Positions 51,870 to 64,000 of a DNA stretch of 64,000 bases are shown here, piece after piece. Below the pieces are notes generated by a model. The model made no database searches and was not told the DNA's origin. It saw nothing but the letters and a program-made list of their open reading frames with translations. Source of the stretch: Monocercomonoides exilis PA203 (lineage: Eukaryota; Protista; Preaxostyla); the NCBI GenBank assembly GCA_001643675.2, contig LSRY02000067.1, forward strand, positions 62,001-126,000. Direction: 5' to 3'. Within the stretch, counting starts at the first letter, position 1; each line of letters opens with the position of its first letter. The position numbers and the translations under genes were made by a program.

Positions 51870-52062
51870 GCGAACAAAACACAAATATTTAAATAATGGT
51901 GATATCAATTTTGATAATTTCAAATTGGGAGTTAAAAAAAGCTGTTATCAAATTCATCCTTCTTTAGTTAATTTCAAGAGATAGGTCATATGATGAATTT
52001 CAAATTTTGAGAATTATCATTTTTTCTTTTTATTTTTTAAGTTAAAGAAGTCAAATAGTGTC

Positions 52063-53032
52063 AACTTTTCATTTAAACTTTTTTCTTTATTGGCACTTTT
52101 TTTGTTTTTGCATGCCAATCATTCAAAAAAGCTGGATGGACCTCAACACTCGGATGAGGGTGCTGATAAAACAAGATTATTAAATTACTGTTTTGTTTTT
52201 TAAATTTTGTTTATTTTTCGTAGAGATACAGCAATTTTTTATTTATTTTGAAGTGACTTTTTCCAGCCGAAGAAGCATTTCACAAAAATAAGAAATCCAT
52301 TTTTTAAACTACTGGCATTTTCCTTTTTATATTCAAAATCTTAAGTTGAACAACTTGTTTTTTCTTGATTTTTTCGCATTTCATTTTTTTTAATCAACAT
52401 GCGAACACAATTTCAAAAATTTCTTTGTTATTAAAATGAAGTGTTAAAAATAAAAATATGATATGAAAATTACACACTCTTATAAAGAAGTGTGAAAAAG
52501 GTTGAACATTAAAATTTTCTATTTGCTTCAAACAGGTGAATGGTCACAACATTGAATGATCTGAAATCACACTTATTCTATTTTGATGTGTTTGAGACAA
52601 ACGGAAAATGTTAATGTTCAACCTTTTTCACACTTCTTTATAAGAGTGTGTAATTTTCATATCATATTTTTATTTTTAACACTTCATTTTAATAACAAAG
52701 AAATTTTTGAAATTGTGTTCGCATGTTGATTAAAAAAAATGAAATGCAACTTAAGATTTTGAATATAAAAAGGAAAATGCCAGTAGTTTAAAAAATGGAT
52801 TTCTTATTTTTGTGAAATGCTTCTTCGGCTGGAAAAAGTCACTTCAAAATAAATAAAAAATTGCTGTATCTCTACGAAAAATAAACAAAATTTAAAAAAC
52901 AAAACAGTAATTTAATAATCTTGTTTTATCAGCACCCTCATCCGAGTGTTGAGGTCCATCCAGCTTTTTTGAATGATTGGCATGCAAAAACAAAAAAAGT
53001 GCCAATAAAGAAAAAAGTTTAAATAAAAAGTT
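52063..53032. repeat. ~970-bp near-perfect palindrome (long inverted repeat)
   Basis: Arms 52063-52512 and 52611-53032 are near-identical reverse complements, apart from a 28-nt indel (52349-52376) and one terminal mismatch. Spacer ~98 bp. Confidence 0.97.
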
Positions 53033-53182
53033 TACCCAATCAACAAAATTTCATCTTCAAAAATAATCTAAAAATTCGTGAATGTTGATAAAAATGACTA
53101 GCAAATATGTAAGTGCATGACATTAAAGTTGATGTTTTTTTGAACAAAATTGATATTTTTCAATTATCTTTAACTTCAAATA

Positions 53183-53184
<2 letters not shown>

Positions 53185-53235
<51 letters not shown>
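53185..53235. repeat. Poly-T tract (~51 nt)
   Basis: Directly visible. Shorter poly-T tracts occur at ~18424-18453 and ~27749-27776. Confidence 0.95.
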
Positions 53236-53242
<7 letters not shown>

Positions 53243-53532
53243 GGAAAAATGCAATTCAGATGTATATAAAATGATTATGTTTCGTCTATTAAATAATTCT
53301 CTCAACCATTTTAAAAACGCAAGCTTTTTTATATTAATGCAAAAGTAAATATGTCGTTTTCTTTCAATTTGGATTGAACTATGCAAATACTTTGAATTGG
53401 CAAAAATTCATAATATTCTGAAATGCAAAGAATTAATCCCTGAAATGAAAAATACAAGTTTATTTGTCTTCATTCGCCTTTCATTTTTGGGAGTCATCTT
53501 TAATGTGAATGAAGTTGAAACTGGGATATGAT

Positions 53533-54933
53533 TTACAAATAAGCAAAATAATCAGCTAATTCATCTGAACCAAAAATATGTCTGTAAAAGACTTTATACA
53601 GAACATAATAACCTTTCAATGTTTCTTCGCATCCTTCTTCCTCCAACTTATCAAACAATTTTCTTTTCATAATTTTCAGTTTTGCATCTTCATTTTCATT
53701 TCCAGTTTTATTCTTTATTCGATTGCAAATGATGCCGAAAATAAACAAACAACAATCAAATATGGAATCTATTGTACCAACGTGGAAAATTTCTTCCAAA
53801 GTAATTTCAACAATCCCACTTTTCTGCAAACTATCATTTTGCATTGCTTTATTTCTTGCGAGTGTTTTAAAAAGAAGAAAACATTTAAATCGAATTTTTC
53901 TGTGATTATCCTTTGTTAATCGAAAAACTTTCATGGAGCTTTCAATAAGCTGATCAAATTCTTCATTCCATAGTTTGCAATCGTCGAAGAAACCGGACAA
54001 CGTTCGGAGCAATCTCACGAAAACGTGTTTATTTTTCGTTTCTTTTTCTCCTTCCTCTTCTTCTTTTCTTTTCCAATCCATATACCCAGCCAGCTCTTCC
54101 ATTTCTCTGATTGCTTCTCTTATAAAATGCAATTCATTCACAATAACTTCCTCCAAATTCATTTCATAATGTAATCGGTTTATTAAAAACTCCCAAGCAG
54201 ACTGATAGGCAAGTTTTGTGAGATTTCTGTGTTTCTGCTTATGTTCGATGATTTCTGTAATTTTTTTCAAATACAGTTCTCGTTCGATAAACTAATAAGA
54301 AATAAAGGGGAAAAAAAGCAATCATAATAAAAAAGAAATAGCAACGTTCATACATAAAATTGGTCAACACAGCTCAAAGCCAATAAAGCCATTTCCACTT
54401 CTTTTTGTGCTTTTTCGCTTTCCTCCTTGTTCATCGCAACTTTCAGAAGACAAGGCACACAAATTGAAAGTAATCTCGGAGGGAAATTGTAACTTAGAGA
54501 AATATAGCATTCGCAAAGGTTAATCAAAAGCCCTTTGTTCTTTTCTTCTTTTTTCTTTTCTTCTTCAAAAATCATCTGTTCGAATCTTCTTCTCATTTCA
54601 GAATCATTAAAACCACTGCTCCACATGTTTTTCAGCACATTGCAATATCCCATGTGCTTCAGCAGCAAAAGTGAATCCTTCAATGACATTTTCTTTTCTT
54701 CAATCATTTTGTATATTTTGTCGAACATTCTTGTTGTGAAAACAGATTGAAATTCTTTTTTATTCATTTCTTCCATCACTTCAGTCATTTCTCCGATTTT
54801 CGTTCTCTGTTCATCCTCATTGCAATGCTCCAGTTCAGAAAACAGTTCTGAAAAAAAAATGCAAGTTACAAGAATCCAAGTACAATTACAATTGCACGCC
54901 ATTGAACATTTTTGCGTTGTCCGTCTCCTGCAT
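53533..54933 (-). CDS. Lineage-specific alpha-helical hypothetical protein (expanded family), spliced
   Basis: ORFs 54348..54902 and 53533..54270 join through a GT-AG intron at ~54293-54353 (…DQFY|FIERELYLKKITE…). Glu/Lys/Leu-rich and helical. Start codon and first intron uncertain. Confidence 0.65.
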
Positions 54934-55605
54934 TTTTATAAGAACAACGTATTCAGAAAGAAATGTCATTTTCATCATTCACATCAAATGGACACACGTT
55001 TCGTAAGACGAAATTGTTGAGAAATAAATACTCAAAACGGTCATATAAATATGTGCGTTCACACCACCATTCTATGCATTTGTATTTTTTGGTTGGCTAT
55101 CAAAAGAATAACAACGCTTTATCAATTTGCTTTATTTGTAATGGGTTCGTTTTTCAAATTCATCGAAATATTTTGTATTCTGAATTTTGTTCAACACCAT
55201 TCTTTGAAATATTTTTTTCTCAATTCTTTAATTTTCTGTGTTTTTTTAAGCATCGTTAATAAAGACTTATTAGATGAATTGTGAAATACGAAAAAATTTC
55301 TGAATTATTGGGTTATTTCAAAATTATCCAATAAATATGAAATTGTCCATGGAAATTTTGAAATTTTAGGGGAATTTTGCAATAACTTAGGAAGCCAATT
55401 TTTATTTGCGTGTGAAAATTTATTACGCATTCACATAAAGTTATTCAAATCATATTTTCGAAAAATGTGTTGTTTTTATTGTTATTAATTGAATTAAAAA
55501 TTTAAAAACAAAATTATTTAGTATTTGATATGGATTTTTTATATAAAACCTTATAACGCTTTATTTTTTGATAAATAATTGTTTAAAAGTCACAATAAGC
55601 AACAT

Positions 55606-58600
55606 TCATAACGATTTCAAATATTTTTGAAGAAGAATTTCTTCAAATTCACACATTTGCATTGAAACATCTTTTGCATTGTTCATCTCCACAATGCTTC
55701 CTTTGTCAGACACTGAATAACAGTTTGAGCAAGAGCAATTGAAAAGATTTATTTGAGCTGAAGTTGAAGTGGCAGCGAGAACAGAAGCTCTTTCTGAAAT
55801 TTTCGAACAGTTGTTGAATGAGGAGATTCCAATAGAAACTGTTCCTGATGACAAATCGTTTATCGCAATGAAGCAACCTTCAGACAATTTCACTCCATCT
55901 GCAGATACTCCATTAAATACAACACTTCCACAATCACCAATCTCAAATACATCTGTTGTTGATTCAATTTGTTCCAGTTTGAATGTTGTAATATTTATCA
56001 CATCTTTACTTAACAAAAATGAAGGTTTATTGAATGAAAGCATTGATATCGAACAATTATCAACATGAAGAATTCCATTTTCGATGTTTAACAATGTTGA
56101 ATTCAGAACAATAGATTCAATATTTACTGATTCTCCAACAAAAGAAAAATCAACAAATGAATAAGAAAGCTGACCATTTGCTTCATGGATGATTTAACTT
56201 CCAGAATACGAAAATGACTGACCAAAATCGAATTTCAATTTTTCAATTCGAACAGTATCTGAGATTGAGATAAGACTTCCCGCATTGATATTAATTGTTG
56301 GGTTAAGATGCACCAAAGCAGCTGAGGGAGATTGCAACGAGCGGATGGTCACATCAAGAACATCACACTTCCCAATAATTTCTGTTTGCCCCAAGATTAG
56401 CAGCTGTGAGTATGGAGATGGAATGATGTGTTGGATTCCAACATTCAATGATTGACAAGGCATACTGAACTCTCCACATTGCTTGCTGTCTTCGTGATTA
56501 TCTGCAACTGATGATACAAATATCGTCTCGCTCTGGTATTTCATCACCCTCAGCAGAAGATCTTCTTCCCCCACAAACGAGTCAGTAATGCAGCCCCATA
56601 TAGACAGATCTTTCACAAAAGGTGCTCTGAAATCCAGCAAAAATCGTTCATCAATAATATGTGTTTCGATTGAGTGGCATCGAACATACACGTCTTTCCC
56701 TCTAAAGGCAGAGTTTTCTTTGAGTGTGATGTTGGAGAGCTCAAACTGCAGAGGTTGCTCTGCAGCGGAGGTTCCTTCCAGAAACTGTCTGCCACCTCTT
56801 CCTGTGGTTGAACAGAAGCACTCAGAAATCGTGCAAAATGAGCAATCAAACTTTCCTCCCTCATTCAACACAGAAAATATACCTCCACCCTTTCTACACC
56901 TTGTTCCTCCGCATCTCTTCATCGTTGTGTTTCTGATATCAATTTTCAATGGCTCATCATTATCATTCCGAATGGTGGGAATACCATTAGTTGTGTTCTG
57001 ATTGACTTCTTCGAATGAACTCCACTCAATGATTACATCTTGTTCAATTTCATTTTTTTCTCTCCCTGAGTTCTTTGATATCCTCAATCCACTCGCCCCA
57101 TCAAGTTGAACATTCTTCATTGTCAAGTTCTTAATGTTCACAATATTCGATGATAACACGAAAATAACATCTTTTGAAAAGCAGAGTGACTGCAATGTTA
57201 CAAATTCAAATTTGACTGCACCTCCATCTGCTTTGATCAGCCCAAAGTTGATCGTTCCTTCTCCACTTTCTTCGTTCTTTGTGAATGAGCAGTCTTTCAG
57301 AGTCAACAGTACTTCACTTGAGCAGACTTGCATCAAAGTATTGACTTCATTTGTGAACGAAGAAGGAATCACAAACTTCATCAGCTCGAAATTGGTTATG
57401 CCACAAATCTTCATTGCTGCTCCTTCTGCTCCTTCAAGCGATGAGACACATTCCAATGAGCACGTGCTGCTCTCATCCGATTTCACTGATATTCCACTCA
57501 CATCAACACTCTTCTGCAGATATCCTTTTCCAATGATGCTGACATTCCTTTCGTTTCCTTCAGGCAGCCGATCCAAAGAATGATCCATCGACAGACAAGG
57601 ATAATCCGAGAATCCACAGGCACCCATATCTCTTCCTTTGTCTCCAATAAATATCTCTGAGCCAAATGTTCTCCAAAAATACACCAATGGAATGGCATTC
57701 GTTGTGTCGCTCCCATCAAAGCCCCTCATGGAATCCAACGAAATATCAGAAAGATGCCCAGATACAAATGGAAGAGAGGTGTTTGTGATGCTCTTTGTCA
57801 AGTTGAATGACTCAACAAAAAGATCATTTCCATATCTCGCAACATTTGGCTTGTCTGCCTCAAAAACAGGGGATGAGATCATAAATGAAGAAAAGCAATC
57901 AATCAATTTCAGTGCCATCCCTCCCCCAAACCCAATCTTCCGTTCTTCTGATGGTGCTGTGCATCCTGTGAATATACACGAAATAGCATTCAAATGAATG
58001 CTCCCTTTTAATTGAGCATCAATGGCCCCTCCTCTGCTTTCATCAGCAAGCACGCAACAATCATTAAAAGTGCACTCTTCAATATTTATTTCACCATTTG
58101 AATTTTCATCATTGCTGTTGTCAATGCTCACACACCCTCCACTTCCAGCTGCTCTTTCGATTTCTGTAAAATTGCAGTTAGTCATGTTCAGCCATTTGAT
58201 GCTAATTAACTCAGCATTTGTTCTGCTTCCTCTCAACGAGATTAATGGATTTCCACTCAAATCAATCGATGAAGCTGAGAATTTGTCGATTGTCAATATT
58301 CCTGATTCAACTGACAAGAACAGAATTGTCAATTCTAATGATGGATTTTGAAGAGAAAGAGAACATTGAGACAATGTCATTGATGATGAAGAAGACGAAA
58401 TAAAAGTGGAGTGAAGAGGAAGGGAAGAAGGAAGAGAGAAGATGAGCTTTGATAATTCTGTTTCAGTACCTGCTGTTATCATCGTGGCATCTGATTCAAC
58501 TTCAATATCGATGACTGTCCAGCCACTTTGATCATCATTTCCTCTGATTTCATGCTTCTGTTCAGAAAAGGTCATTTCATCGCTCATCAATATCATTCCA

Positions 58601-61353
58601 TTCACAACAACTTTCTTTGTTCCTGCTTGTCTTGTGAGGGAGTGCTTCATTGTCAAGCAAGGGAATTGGACAATTCCACAGTGTGAGTGATTGGATGCTT
58701 CAGAATTGCTCACATATATTTCTTCTGGGGTGGGGAGGAGATAGATGCACAGAGGAATGGCCACACTGGTGTTTCCATTGTCATATCCTCTCACTTTCTC
58801 AAGAGAATCCAAAGAGGCTTCCACACTCGTTATCTTTTTCGATTTTGCAGTCACTTCAAGGTTTGGAGAAAGAACGAAAATATCTCTTCCCCACTTGGCG
58901 GTATTTGTGCCAAAGGAAGAAGAGATTAGGAAATTGGGATTCTCGTTCAATAATTGAAGATGGATTCCACCTCCAAGACCATTGGAAGAAGAGCAAAAGC
59001 ACCCATCGAAAGATCCACCTTCCACTTTCACTTCATTTGCTTCTCCCACACACAGCATCATCGAGCCTCCATTTTCTGAACTTGTGCTTCCACAACCTTC
59101 GAATGTGCAAGAATTCAGATCAATGTTTGCCTTGTCGTTTTCCAACGACATCACAGCTGCTCCATTCGTTGTTCTTTCTATTCCTGAAAAGGCGCACTCA
59201 GAAAATGTCAACAAAATTTCATTTGTTGAAGAAAGCGAAAACAACAAAACAGTGGATATAGTCTTTGCCCAATTCACACTTTCCATCTGCAACACCCCAT
59301 TCTGGACATTAATCAGTTCTGTCGAAAAAGCTGTTTCTGAAGTTTGCCCACTTCCTGTTGATATGTTCAACCTGCTAATATGCATCTCTCCTGTTCCACT
59401 TATCTCAAATAGCCTTGAATCTCTGTTATTTGCATGTGCCGAGTCATGCACAAGAACAAAGTCTCTGACAATCAATGTGCCTGTAGAGACAGAAAATAGA
59501 GATAGCCCAGATGCTTCAAAATCTGTTTGCATCGTCGAACTCAAATCACTCTGGTCATAAACAGAAAAACTATCTATTCCACAATCAAAACTATTTGTTT
59601 CGAATATTGTTCCTGTGAGTATTTCGATATCGGTAACAGCATTGGGGATCAGCTGAGTTAGGCAATGGCTGATGGTGTTGCATGGATGGCTTTCATCTCG
59701 TCCGCATACATATGTGTCAATGGCATTCGGCTGCGTTTGAACTGAAGAGACAAACCTAATTCTTCCAAAATCATTTCGAAGCCATTCACTTTTGTCAACA
59801 ATTGAATAATAATTTGTGCTAACTCTGTTTGTTGTTTGCCTGGTAGAATAGCAACTTGGATCAATATTATTTGACGTTGAGTTTTGCAGAACAATGTCAT
59901 GTCCTCCTTTCATACATGTGTTATTGTGAAAAAAACAGTAATAAAACAACGTTCCAATATTATTTGCTTTTATTTGTTGGAATTCAGCTCCGCCTCCGCA
60001 CATTGCAAAGCAATGTCAAAATAAACAATTTGAAATGGCAACTTTATCTGAAGGAGTCCAATGAATAATTTCCCCTCCTGCACCATTTTTTGAAGAATTG
60101 CATTGACAGTTATCATAAAAGGAGTTCACAACGCACACTTTCTGTATTTGAGTTTTTATAGGACTGCGATCAATTGCCCCTCCACCGTTTCCCGAAGAAC
60201 AGTTACGAAATAAACAATCATCTTCCATTGATTGCTTGTTAATATTCTATGTCATAACTCCGCCGCCCCCGCTGTCCGTATTTCCTCGTGCAGAGCATTG
60301 AACAAATGTCGAATGGAGCACAATGCATTCAGCAATTCTTTGAGCACATATTCCTCCACCATTTGTTGAAGTTGCTTCACATCTCACAAATGATGAATTC
60401 TCAACAGTCAAAATAGCGCTTGCATTGTCATGCACATAAAGAGCACCTCCTTGTGGTGCTGTGCAATCAGTCCATTCACACAACAAAAAGGATTGGCTTT
60501 CTGTTGTGTTCAGTTTTTCTTTTTTCTGAAGAGCATTCATTTCTCTTTTCCCAAAGTTTATTGATGTGTTTTTGCAGACAAATTTCTCTGAAGAATAAAA
60601 TCCACTCGAGATCCCTCCTTCAAAGGCATTCTCATATGAACAAATGAGGCAGTTCTCCATAGAACTCAACAAGCATGAATGTTCCATTTGGCAATCAATG
60701 TTCTTGTCAAATTTCACAGACATGTTCCTGAAGGCACAATTATCAATCTGTTCACTTTGGCTCTTTCCGTTCAATAGGAAATGGTCTGAAGAGGATGCAA
60801 CCAGATCTTCAACGATGGAATTTGTCAAAATAACAGAATTGGAATCATCAGATGAAAATATGAGACTGGATGGGTTCATATTCTTTTGGGAGATCAAAGT
60901 CAAGTTTTTGAGGCACATTGACCCACTTTACAGATGAAGCAGAGATGCAGATTTTTGGTGGGAAATGCAGGAATCCATCGTTAAAGTTGATTTATCTGTT
61001 GAATGCATGAATGGAGAGGAAGAACATTCAAGTGACAAATTGTTCAGTTCAGCTGAAGAATTGAAGAATCCAAAAAATGTTTTAATCACCGTGGATATTC
61101 CTGACTGTAATCTTTTCACTCCTGAAAATGTGATTCGCTGGAATAAATTATTATTATCAACCACTGATTGAAATTGCGAGTCATTTGAAGTGACTTGACC
61201 AAAATAATGACAGTTATTAAATAAATATTTGCTTGGAAGAATTCCTTTGCTTTCCAATGTGGCTGTTCCAGAGACATGCTGTGCTTCAAATGTCTTCCCA
61301 AGAATCAAATATGTCAAAATGCACAAATGCATTCTCATGGGAATGAAAATCAA
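55606..61353 (-). pseudogene. Large beta-helix surface-protein family gene with four in-frame stops, 3'-truncated
   Basis: Five ORFs in one frame, separated by TAA 60928, TAG 60247, TGA 60016 and TAA 56194. Signal-peptide-like start, many GGA/GGG motifs and four D..CG....PC caps. No TM anchor before the sequence decays near 55610. Confidence 0.8.
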
Positions 61354-63531
61354 TTATGATTTGAAAAATAAAATGTTTAAAGATGATCTATATGACACAT
61401 AATAATTGATTTCATCACCATTGGAAAGAAAGAAAGCTTTCCTTCTGCAATCACTTTGAGAGCGTTTGGAAAACATCTGAGATAGTTCCAAGGCAATGCT
61501 ATTTCTTCAGTTCTTGCAGGGTATGAATCGGTATTTGATGATTCAGATGAAATTTTTTCAAAAGAAAAAATAAAATAAAATAAAGAATTTAAAAAGGATG
61601 AAACTGAATGAAAGATTAAAAAAAAACCTTTTCAAAAAGAAATTGTTGCCCAATAAATGTGTAAAAAGGTGAAAATCTCTCATCCAAAAAAATGATCTCA
61701 AAATCACCCTTTGAATGTGTTGTTTCGAATTGACAAATGAATCCTTTCCAATTGCTCAAAAATGATGAATCTTTCTTCATCTACCTTCTCTTTCTTCCGC
61801 TTGTCTGCTGATAAACTGCTCTCCCTTCATTACTTTCTTCCAACTTTCACATCATTTCATTGATCAATTCCTCTTCTTCTCTTCCCTCTTCTTCTGCATC
61901 TTTGCTCCAAACATTCAAACAAGCTCTTCTGCTTTATTCGTCCCCCGCTTTCTTTCTCCTTATCATTTTTGCATATTTATCCAATTAATGCAAACAACCA
62001 ACGTTAGTTATTCAAAAATACTCGTCTGCTTTTTTTTCAGAGAAAAGATGCCTTTTAAAAAAATCCTTTGTTCCAATTGAAAGGGCATGAAATGTGAACA
62101 TTCTCTTCTCATATTCTTTAAAAAGAAAGAAAGCAAGTAAGAAATTCCAAAAGATTGCGAACAAACAAATAAAAGAATTTAATGTGTTGTAATTATTACT
62201 CAAAAACACATTTTCCAAAATAAAAAAAAAATAAAAATAATTTCAATCGTTTCTCATTTCTCACATTTCTTCAAATTTTAATCATTCAAAAAAGCAATTT
62301 AACTTTGCAAACATGCACAAACACAATTTGCCCTTCTTTGCCAGCTAAACATTCTCATTGCAAAATACTAATAACCCCATCCGCCTCTTCTTCCTTCCCA
62401 ATCTCTTGTTGTTCGCTTTCCGTTCTGCATTGGCCCTGCTTCCATCTCTTTCTTCTTCTTCTCATGAATCTCATCCTTTCACTTTCTTTTCAATTTTCTT
62501 TTTTTTCTTCGCTCTCTTCCTTGTGCTCCAATGATGTAATCTTTTCTTCCCAAACAATTCCCATCAATACAAATTCTCGCCAAAGTCAGCGCTTTTCTGA
62601 TAAAACTGTGTGTATTTCAATAAAAAATTTGTATGTCTTCAAAATATTTCGTGCTTAAATATCTAAAAAGATGATGGAGAAGGTGAAAACAAATTGAATG
62701 GAATTTACGAATTAATGATTTATACCTCGTAATGAATGTCACGTGGTTGATGCCCAAATGATGTTCAAAATATTGCTTTTCAATGTTAAAATGCAACCAA
62801 GATATTTTCTGCAAATACTATAAAGCTACAATGAAAATGGAAACATATTCAAAGAAGAACGTTTATCGGAATGTTATCATATATTGATAAAAATGCATGT
62901 CAAAATTACTGATTCTTTTGGTATCTCATAGCAAGGCAAATAAATACATAAACTATCAAGAACATGTTGCCCAAAAAATTGTGGAGTCTTCAATTGCACC
63001 CTTATCAGCTATCTGATTAATGCAGTGTTTTGTGGATGAAATCGACATCTACTCCATTGTAAGCGACAATTTGGATCTGGGTAATTAAAGAGAATAAATT
63101 AAAAAACTATGTGTTGGATGTTTTGTCATTCTTCCGAATGTTGTTTGTTCGTGTCGTTGAGCTGCGTTGGTTGAATTATGATTTGAAAATACTCCTTCCT
63201 TTGAAAAAACCCTCACTTCCAATCTTTTTGCAATACGCATCCATCGTAAAATAACAGAGTGATAATTCTTGATTATCTTTTTCTATACTGCTTTAAAATA
63301 AGGTCAAACTTGGAATTAACAATAAATTTTTTAATTTTTTGTGTTTTGATAAAGCCATCGACAATTTTTTCAAAAAAACACAGTTTGCTGTTTGGGCAGC
63401 TTTTTGTAATATTCGCATGCAAGTTTCACGAATTCATCGTGCTAAGTTTTGGTTAAATTTAAAATAATTAATTTCTCCATATTTTCTAATGAATATGGGA
63501 TATATTTCTATTATACCAATATTTGAAAATA

Positions 63532-64000
63532 ATGGAAGAAAAACTTCGTAAGAAATACAAGAAGTACTCAAAGGATAGATCTATTAGCACAAAAGAAGTT
63601 AAAAAATGCGTTGAAAAGGTTGGTGGAACAATTAATGATACTCAAGCCCAACAACTTTTGCTTCAAATGGCCGGCTCTGATCGCAGAATGACCGAAAATG
63701 AATTTGTGTACGGAATCATGAATTACGTTAAGCCAGGTTCTGCACCACAAGTATCTGGAGCTTCAATACCATTTGGATCATCTGCACCTTTTGGTGCTCC
63801 ATCGTTTGCTCCGTTTGATCCAAATCAAGCAAGGCAACAATTATCAACGTATTATGCAGGTGCTTGTGCAGACGGTGTGGTGGAAACAAAAGAAGTTCAA
63901 GCTGCTGTTACGATGTTTGGTATAATGTGTGATCCTCCAACAGCAACGTCACTTATTCAGCAGATTGCTGGACCTGAGAGAAGAATTACACAACAAAAAT
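63532..64000 (+). CDS. Degenerate EF-hand/calmodulin-like protein, partial (runs off the window)
   Basis: Open frame from ATG 63532 to the window end, absent from the ORF track. Two similar lobes (…DRSISTKEV…AQQLLLQMAGSDRRMTENEF and …DGVVETKEV…ATSLIQQIAGPERRITQQN) joined by a Pro/Gly/Phe linker. Confidence 0.6.
   Translation, partial: MEEKLRKKYKKYSKDRSISTKEVKKCVEKVGGTINDTQAQQLLLQMAGSDRRMTENEFVYGIMNYVKPGSAPQVSGASIPFGSSAPFGAPSFAPFDPNQARQQLSTYYAGACADGVVETKEVQAAVTMFGIMCDPPTATSLIQQIAGPERRITQQK

Noticed and set aside
53185-53235. Poly-A tail of a retrocopy of the 53.5-54.9 kb gene
   Set aside because: That gene retains an intron, no TSD is visible, and similar poly-T tracts occur in introns and intergenic DNA elsewhere in the window.
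7010-61353. Non-canonical genetic code (TAA/TAG=Gln as in some oxymonads, or all stops reassigned)
   Set aside because: Several ORFs over 1000 codons have no internal stops, intact genes end in TAA or TGA, and the internal stops in pseudogenes include all three codons.
61400-63260. Degenerate minus-strand remnants, possibly of the 53.5-kb helical family
   Set aside because: Too many stops and only vague resemblance; not supportable as a feature.

Overview
Eukaryotic, AT-rich DNA with short GT-AG introns, many poly-Ser/TCT tracts and expanded beta-helix surface-protein families. The style suggests an oxymonad/metamonad protist such as Monocercomonoides (inference). The standard genetic code fits. 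Apparently intact genes: a spliced Sola2-like DDD transposase with an inserted USP/C19 deubiquitinase domain, inside a candidate GAG...CTC inverted-repeat element (2.1-6.9 kb) with a highly self-complementary GC-rich island just 3' of the gene; a Kelch/Cys-rich three-TM surface protein (22.8-27.2 kb); a ~1660-aa type-I membrane beta-helix protein (31.7-36.7 kb); a many-exon RING+ARM-repeat gene (39.4-47.6 kb); a WW-WW-MyTH4-RhoGAP (ARHGAP39-like, 48.9-51.9 kb); a lineage-specific helical protein (53.5-54.9 kb); and a degenerate EF-hand-like gene running off the right end. Decayed loci: four beta-helix surface-protein pseudogenes, a CFAP61-like pseudogene and a pogo-like transposase next to a TA-flanked foldback MITE. 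There is also a ~970-bp near-perfect palindrome at 52-53 kb. The best candidate for an undescribed system is the deubiquitinase-carrying Sola-like transposon with its structured 3' element. All family assignments come from motif recognition by eye; no searches were run.
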